Both the position numbers and the translations under genes were made by a program. The notes beneath the pieces were generated by a model. The model saw only the letters and a program-made list of their open reading frames with translations, was not told where the DNA came from and ran no database searches. From positions 1,000,016 through 1,064,015 of the forward strand of contig CAWIGG010000004.1 in NCBI GenBank assembly GCA_963835575.1: DNA of 64,000 nt, given 5' to 3'. This document shows, in pieces, positions 29,035-38,000 of the stretch. The stretch is from an uncultured Spirochaetota bacterium. GTDB taxonomy: Bacteria > Spirochaetota > Brevinematia > Brevinematales > JAOACQ01. Position 1 is the stretch's first letter. The number at the start of each line of letters is the position of its first letter.

Positions 29035-32000
29035 ATCGCTAGCTGCAGCGCTCTTATTAACGTGTTTTCTTGTTCTTGTCTACGCGGGGACAAAGATCGC
29101 GCTTCAGATAAACGGCAAAAAGGTGGACATCGCGGCTCAGAACGACAGCAGGAACCCGTACCTTTACAATACGCGCCTCAGGGACATACAGGCAAAGCTG
29201 AATAAAGTCCTCTCTTTCAACCTGACGAATTACGCGCCGATCGAGGAAAACGGCTTTTATAATAAAGAAACGGAAGCGGCGCTCGAGCAGTTCCGGGAGA
29301 TGTACTACAAAAAATACAGCCTCCAGCGCTACTACGCGTTCAGCGCGGAGGATGCCGTGGAGCCTTCGTCTGTTGAAGGACTCCTGGACCGGGAAATACC
29401 GGCGGCGGCGGATTTCGCCCGCGAATACCAGGAGGGGATGAAGCTCAAGAACGGCGACCCTGCGAAGTACTACGGAAATTCCGCGTGGGACGAGGTCCTC
29501 AGGATCGAGAAGGGCATGGACGGCGATACCGTCGATCCCGTAACGGGCGAGCTTTCGAAAACCATACCGCTCTACCAGACGCCGGCCGGGAACGACCATC
29601 TGATGCCGATCCAGCTGACCGCGAGGTACGGATCGCAGTACTCGGGGAACTGCGGCCTGGGCGACAACTGGTACCTGACGGAGAGCTATTCCCTCTGGTT
29701 CAGCTACGAGAAGAACGAGATGATCGTCCAGGACGGGAGCGGCATATCGCAGAAGTTTAATTTTACAAACGGCGGCTTCTCGCGCGATACGAACAACAAT
29801 ACCGACGGGGGGCTGTTCCTCAATGTTATGCTGGACGGGGCGCTGGGCACGGAAGGCAGTACGATCTGTGTTATAACGGCGAGGGGCGAAACGATGATAT
29901 TCGAGTGCGCCGACAACAAAGGCCAGGACTCGGTATCCAATGTCATCGAGTCGATCTCTACAAATAGTCTCGAGGTTTACGGCTACTGTATCGTGGAAGA
30001 CCTGAGGATATATGAAGTGACCAATTATACGAGAGATTTTATGTGGTCATTAAAAACCAATATATCGGTGAGCAATTACGGGCCGACCATAAAAATGGGA
30101 TTGTACGCCGATTCCTCCAATGCCCTGGATATGACTATGACCAACTCGGCATATACCAATTTCAGCGATTGGTTAAATAATGGCCATCAGACGGTCACCG
30201 GACAGAAAATGATCTGCGATAAGGAGGAATTCAAAAATAAAGTATGGAAATTGAGCGACACGTCCGAGGGCGGATGGAGCGTGAGCTATTACGCGGCGCC
30301 CCTGGCGACTAACGCTATTGAGTTTGTAACAAACTGGATCTGGGGGGGTGCGCCGCTTTCCAACTGCACGCAGTCAGACACAAATTTTGACATGCGCGTC
30401 AAGGTAAATACAAACATCGTTTACACGCAGGGCACAAGCTATTCCTTCCGGAGACAGCCCATGGGGCAGGCCGGTATTTACGCCGGCTATGTGCTGACAA
30501 ATTCGATGAACCGGTTCGGGTCGGTAAAAAGCTACAGTTATGACGGCTTTCAGAAGCTGTTGAGCATCAATTCCTATTCCCCCGGCGGAACGGAGATAGA
30601 CGGCGTAAGCATTACCTACTCCCCGGCGGGCGAAAAAGGATTTATCAAAGTGATAACAACCGGGCTTGCGTCCTCCGCGAACGGCGTCATCACATTCAGC
30701 TATACGGGAAACCAGCCCGACCACCAGCTGCTTGATACCGCCGTAGTTATGATGGACGGAAAGGCGGACGCGCACAGGATGGCCTATCATTCCGAGCTCC
30801 TTTTCGGGCCGGGGTCGCCGGATGGGGTGAAGCTCAGCAATTCGATTTTCAGCAATTACAGCGCGCTGACGAACAGCTTTACCTACATAACAAATGAAAT
30901 ATCATTTATAACCAGTAATATAGGGGAATTGGTCCAGCAGAATTATGTCTATTTCTGGGAAATGTACACGAACATTACCGAAACGATAACCCATAACGGG
31001 ATAAATACTACTACAAATATTTCATCGAGTTTGTTCTACGATGATAAATATTATAATAATTCAAAAGACTACTATGACCTTCTTGTCCAGTTTATGGAAA
31101 GCCAGCTGCCCGACCTCATCAGCAATATCAGCAGTCTGACGGACCAGATCTCGAACTACAACAGCGGCGATCTCTTCCCGCGCCTGGCCCTCCTGGATTC
31201 TCATATCGACAGCGCCGGCCCATGGCAGGAGTACCGCTACGGCAGTTTCGACACGAACATGTTCGGCGTCACGAACAGGGAGAGCGCCTTCAGGACGACC
31301 ATCGTGCGGAAGCAGGGCGCGGAATGCCGGCTGGATTACTCCGGCGGCTATACGGAGTACCATAATTTCAGCGGCAATACTTTTAAATTTCATTATGATA
31401 TAAACCAGACGAATTACGACGAAAGGCATGTGGACCGCATTGTTTACCCGGACAATTCAACCGTATCCTTCGGCTATGATAAGAAGGGGAATATCACGGC
31501 CGTGACGAACGAGATTAATAACGCCTATTCATACGGCTATGACGATTTCGGCAATGTGACGAATAAGAGCATGCCCGGGCGGAATTGGTATTATGAATAT
31601 AACAGCGTGATCGGCAGATACCTGGGCCGCCCGACGAAGATAGTCCAGCCCGACCATACGGTTTACACTATGGCTTATGACGAAAACGGTGAAATGACGA
31701 ACCAGACGCTCAAAGCAAACGATGCGGACCAGGGGAAAACCCTTGTCCAGGTCTTTTTCTCGCCGCTGTCCGCCAACGGGTTTGTCAAGACAAACAGGGA
31801 CATGTACGGAAGCGAGACTGTTTACACATACGACGGCAGTCACAGCCCGGTCAGCGTTAAAAATCCCGACGGGGGCGTGACCGCCTATATTAACGACTCC
31901 TTCGGAAAGCCGCTGATCGAGAATAGAAGTAATCTGGTAACAAACATCTGCGTTTATGATTCGAGAGGGAACATCGTCGAGCAGGGCATAGCAGGGCTGA

Positions 32001-35000
32001 ACCACAGCTTCACGGAATACGACGCCGCCGGAAGACGCCTGTCCTCGACGGACCCTATGAGCAATAAAACAATCTATGAATACGGCGCCGGGAACAGCCT
32101 CGCCGGGGTCATTTTCCCCTCGGGAGAGGAAGTCCGCTATTCTTACGACGGCGACGGGAACAAAACGAACGAGGCGTATTACGCGCAGTCCGGCTTTACC
32201 ATCGCGAATAAAAGCATCGTCTACGCGTACGATCCGGAGTACAGGCTGACGAACAAGGCCCTTGTCCAGGACGGCGAGACGTTCAATTATTCCTTCCAGT
32301 ACGACGCCGCCGGCAATATGACCCTCCAGACGGCTGAAAGCGTTCTGCCGGACGGGAATGTCCCTGCCGGCGTCAGCAACAGCTACGCCTACGACGCCAT
32401 CAGCATCCTGACAAATCAGAGCGATTTAATATCAGGGAAAAACATCTCGTATTATTACGATCCGATGGGAAGGCTGACTTTTGAAAACCGGACTGTGACG
32501 AACGGGAGCGGGTACGGATTTTCATTGTCCAATACATACGACATCCTGGGCCGGAACACGGCAAGTTTTAGTTTCACGAACGGGGCCGCCGTCATAATGA
32601 CGTCGAATGACTATCAGGACAATGACCGCGTAACCGTTAAAATCGACCGGTACGGCAATCAGTCCGTGAATTACATGGACTTCCGCAATAACGTGACGAA
32701 CCTGCAGTACTCTGTATTCAATCCGCTGACGGAAGAAAATGAGCTTTATACGCATTCCTATATTTACGACACCCTGGGGAATAAAACAGAGGAAATATAC
32801 CCCGACGGCACGCGCCAGAAATGGCAGTTTGTTTTCGGGAACCGGCTTTTAAAGGAAAGCGGCCGGTATTCGGACGAAAGCGCCGCGGCCTGGAAGACTT
32901 ACTCCCGCGACGCCGCCGGACGCGTGACGGCCGTCAATGATTTTGAGAATAAAACATGGGGAAAATCATACAACAGCCTGGGCCGGCTCAGTTCCGAAAC
33001 CGATCCGGACGGCAGGCAGATTTTTTATATCACGGACCTCTGGGGCAATCCCATGACGGTCCAGCAGGGAAGCCGGCGCAGGGATATTTCCTATAATATC
33101 CTCAACAAGCCCGTTACGGTAAACTACGGGGACGGCGCGGCCGACTCCGCCCTTTATGACGCGATGGGGAATGTTGTTCAGTCTATGCCCGGCGGAGCGT
33201 CCAACCTGCAGACAGTCTCGAGATATGACAACGAGGGGAAAAAGACATATGAAGCCGGCTTCGGCCTCGAAACATACTTCGCCTACGACGCGCAGGGAAA
33301 TTTGATATATAAAAAGGCGGCCACGGCCCCCTCCAACCACCCCCAGCCCCTCCTTAATAAGGAGGGGAGTAGAACTTGGACTTATGCGTATGACGCCTGC
33401 GGCAGGATTACGGAAGAGCATTTACCGGACGGAACGTTCATCAGCCATGACTATGCCGTTTCGAACGGCCTCCTGATTGAGACCGTCTCCGGGCCGAAAA
33501 GGCATAATACATCCGCCGCGGACACGACGGTCAACACATACGACCAGATGGACCGCCTGATACGCAGCCAGGTCTGCGACGATGGACTGGAAGCGGCCTG
33601 CGATATCGGCTTCTTCGCCGGGAAGGGGCTTATCTCCGGCAAGGTGTTCGACAGGGCCGGCCTTCCCGTCAAAGAGGTGCGTCCGGGAAATAAGATAAAG
33701 AATTATAAATACTCGCCGGAAGGCCGGGTGACGAACGAGGAAAACGAGGCCGGCGAAGTGAAAAGTTCCGTTTATGATAAAAACGGTAATCTGACATATA
33801 TGACGGATTTCGACGGGAACAGCTTCAGCAACACCTATTATAATTCCGGTAAATTAATGAAATCATTAGAGCCGGGCAATGCCGTCACTTCTTATTATTA
33901 CGACGCGTACGGGAACATGAATAAGAAAGTACTGCCGGACGGCAGTACATGGCTTTTCGAGACCGACGCGAGGGGAAGGACCGTAAAGGAAACAAACCCC
34001 TTCGGAGGCACCGCGGCGTTCGAGTACGACGCGCTGGGCAGAAAAATGGCCGAAACGGGCCCCGGCGGAAGTTATACCGCCTATGATTATGACGGGAACG
34101 GAATACCGACGGGCATAGAGACGCAGGGCAACGACGGGGAAAACGCAGTCAAGATTTCAGCTGCTGTGGACGGGTTCGGGGAGACGAATAGGGTGGAATA
34201 CCCAACCACCCCCAGCCCCTCCTCAGGCAAGGAGGGGAGTCAGGGTCTGATTGTAACATATCAATATGATAATATGGGGCGGGTGACGAATAAAACAACC
34301 ACCCCCAACCCCCTCCTTAATAAGGAGGGGAGCAGGACCACACGCTATAAATATAGAGAAGATGGAAGGCTGAAAAGGACGGATAATCCGGACGGGACGG
34401 CCGAAATGTACGCCTACAGCGCGGCGTGGCTGCTGACGAACAGGACCGTCCTGGGGGATACTAATAAGGGCGATTTGCCGCCGAAAAGGGTGACGGCGTA
34501 TTATTACGGCGGGTACGGGGACGGAGACGTACGGCCGTACGTCTCTACGGGAGGGTTCGGCGATGTTGAATGCGCTGTTGATTACCGCGGAATTGTCACG
34601 GCGTCGTATTACGATAAGGCCGGGCGGCTGACGAACCGCTCCGAAACGGCGGGGACGGAACCGAGGAATACCATAACGATTTACGGGCTTACTAATATAA
34701 ATAATCTCTTTTATCGGACAATGGAAACATGGAAAGAGGAGACGCACAGCCGTGCGTCTCTACAGATGGAATGGTCAAAAACCGTGACTGATTTCAGGGG
34801 GAATGTCCTGAAGGTTTACCGGATGGAAAAGGGGCAGGAACTGCTGACGGCCGATAACACATACAACGCGGCGGGAAAATTGGTTTCTGAGGTCCGGCAG
34901 GAGGACCTGGGCAGTCCCGAGACAAGATACGAATACGGCGCGAACGGCGCGCTTTCGAAAAAAACGGAGCCCTCGGGACTGATCACCGAATACAGTTACG

Positions 35001-38000
35001 ACAGCGCGGGAAGGATAACGGAAACGAGGGAGTATCCCGCGGACAATTATTCACAGGCGAGGAAAACGGATTATCAATATCACCAGAACGGAAGGCTGAA
35101 GCGCAAAGTATTGTATGATTTTTCCGGCCCGGCGCTGGAGGACACGTCCTATTCCTACGACTTCCGGGGGAACGTCATTAATAAAACGGACAACCTAAGG
35201 AATACCGCTTTTATAACTTTTTATAACGCCTACGGCGAGAAAACAGAGGAAAGCACACTCTGGAACGGAGAGTCATCGGACAGGCATTACAGCTATGACG
35301 CCGCCGGAAGACTTTATCAGACCACCGGCGAACTGGGCAGTGTGACGACTTATACATACGGGGATTTCGGGCAGACGGCGACGAAGGGGATATCGTACAG
35401 AGGAGACGTACAGCCGTACGTCTCTACGAGTTATTTTTATGATTCACGGGGAAATGTAATTACAGAAACCGTATATGGGATGACCCCCTCCGGCTCCCCC
35501 TCAGGCAAGGGGGAGAGCCGGCTATTGTCTTATACCACGAGCTATCAGTACGACGGGTGGGGGAACCGCACAAACACCGTATATCCCGACGGGAGTTTTG
35601 AAACATCCGAATATGACGGGTCCGGGCAGAAGATAAACGAGACCGACAGGTACGGATACCGGACGGCGTATGAATACGATGAGAACGGCAGGGAGACAAA
35701 ACGGACATCCGGCACGCCCAACGGGAACCTGATAACTGAGACAGTTTACGATAATTCCGGGCGGAAGATTTCAGAGACAAGCCATGGGGAAACGGGACCC
35801 TCAAGGACCGCGCAGTATCAATATGACAGTTCGGGAAGGCTGATCAATCAGCAGATTGGGGACGTGTCATCCTCGACAGGGTACGACGCCTTCGGGAATA
35901 AAACATGGACAACCACCCCCGGCCCCTCCTTAAATAAGGAGGGGAGCAGTACCTGGTATTACCAGTACGACGCGGCGGGAAGGACGACCGTCAGCATCGA
36001 CGGAGAGGGGAACAGGACGGAGACGAGCTACGGATTTGACGGCGATTGGAGGCTGACGGTAACTACCACCCCCAACCCCTCCTCAGGCAAGGAGGGGAGC
36101 CGGAAAATTATTTATGACGGGTTCGGGAATAAGATTGAGGATGTTGACGCGAACGGGAACAGCGAATATTACCAATATAACGCGGCCGGCAAGCCGACGG
36201 TATATACCGACAGGAACAGCAATCAGACTGTATATATTTATGACTCTCTGGGAAGACAGACCGCGACTGTCGACGCGAACGGGAGCGTATTGTCGAACGT
36301 GTACGACAGCTTTAATAATATAATTGAGGTCGTTGACAAGGAAGGGCGCCATCTTTACAGGGAATTCGACTGGGCGGGAAGGATGATATGGACGAAAGAC
36401 GCCTTAGGTAATGAGGCGAGATACGAATACACAACCACCCCCAAACCCCTCCTTGGCAAGGAGGGGAATCCGCTTGGGTATGAGGTTGAGGTCTTCACAG
36501 ACGCGGAGGGGAACAAAGCAACCACATATAAATACGGCAAGATGACGCTGGCTGTTCAGGACGCGCTAGGCAATATCACGAGCTATCAATACAACGCCTT
36601 CGGCGAATTAACGGCGACGGTCGACCCGAAGGGGAATACGACAAGTCTTACATATGACTTGCGGGGCAACAAAACAGGTGAAACAACGGCTTTAGGCTTC
36701 AGCACGACATATCAATATGACAATAACGGCAACGTGATAAATGAGATCAACGGCGAGGGCTGGATAAAAACGACATACAACAGGAACAACCAGCCAGTGA
36801 GAAAAGATTATAGCGATGGAAACACAAAAAACTTCCTCTACGATTCTTTGGGAAGGTTGACAAGAGCGCGGGACAATTTCAGCGACTATTCATATCTTTA
36901 TGATAATAATGGAAGCTTGACTAACAGGTATGATAATATCAATAAAGAGACGCTGGCGTATGAGTATGACGGGAACGGGAACCGCGTTAAAATGACTGCT
37001 CAAGATAAGATTGTAAATTATGATTATGACGCTTTAAATCAAATTAAGAAAGAAACGGTATTAACCACGAAGATCACGAAGGACACGAAGGAAGAAATTA
37101 ATGTGGCCTCCGGCTTCATAACGAACCTTTCAATTGATTACAGTTATTCTCCTATGGGGAGGGTCACGAATAAGACATATTCTTCGGGGCTGGTCGTCAA
37201 TTATGAATATGACCCTATTTACAGGCTGATGAAAATAAACAACACGACCAATGGATTGTTTTTATCATCGTTCGGGTATACATACGACAAAGTGGGGAAC
37301 AGGACAAAGGAAACGGCCCGCGAATCCACGCGAATAGGCACGAATGGGGATGGTTCGGCCTCCGGCGGGGAACGGGTGTCGGCGTTTCTTTATGATAAGG
37401 CGTACAGGCTTGTCAAGGCCGATTATAGTGAAGGTAAGTTCGAGGAATTCGAATACGACAATTCAGGTAACCGGCTAAGGAAGACTTCAAATTTAGACGG
37501 CTCTAATACCGTTACGACCGGCTATGTCATCGACAACGACAACAGACTCCTCTGCGAACAGAAGCCTTCCGGCAATATCAGCTTTATTTATGACCGCGCT
37601 GGACGGATTATCAAGAAAGTAGAAGGGGATAAAGTAGAACGCTATCAGTACAACCAGCGCGACTTGATGACGAAGTACACCGTCGAGCAGAACGGCAGTA
37701 TCACTTCCGTAAGTGAATACACCTACGACATCAACAACCTCCGCACCGTTAAGAAAGAAACCCCTGAGACGCCGGGAAGTGTCGGAGATAACACAACACG
37801 CTTTACCTATGACGGAGACAATATATTATATGAAGGCCCGTCTTTTTATTTGAATAACATCTTTATCAATAGTTACGAAGCGGAAATACAGCCGCTGAGG
37901 ACGGCGGTCTATGTAAAGGACGCGCTGGGAAGCGTGAGGGGCGAAATCTACGACAACCCGCTCCCGCCTGTAGAGTCTGGCGGCTCTGGAATCGCGCTGA

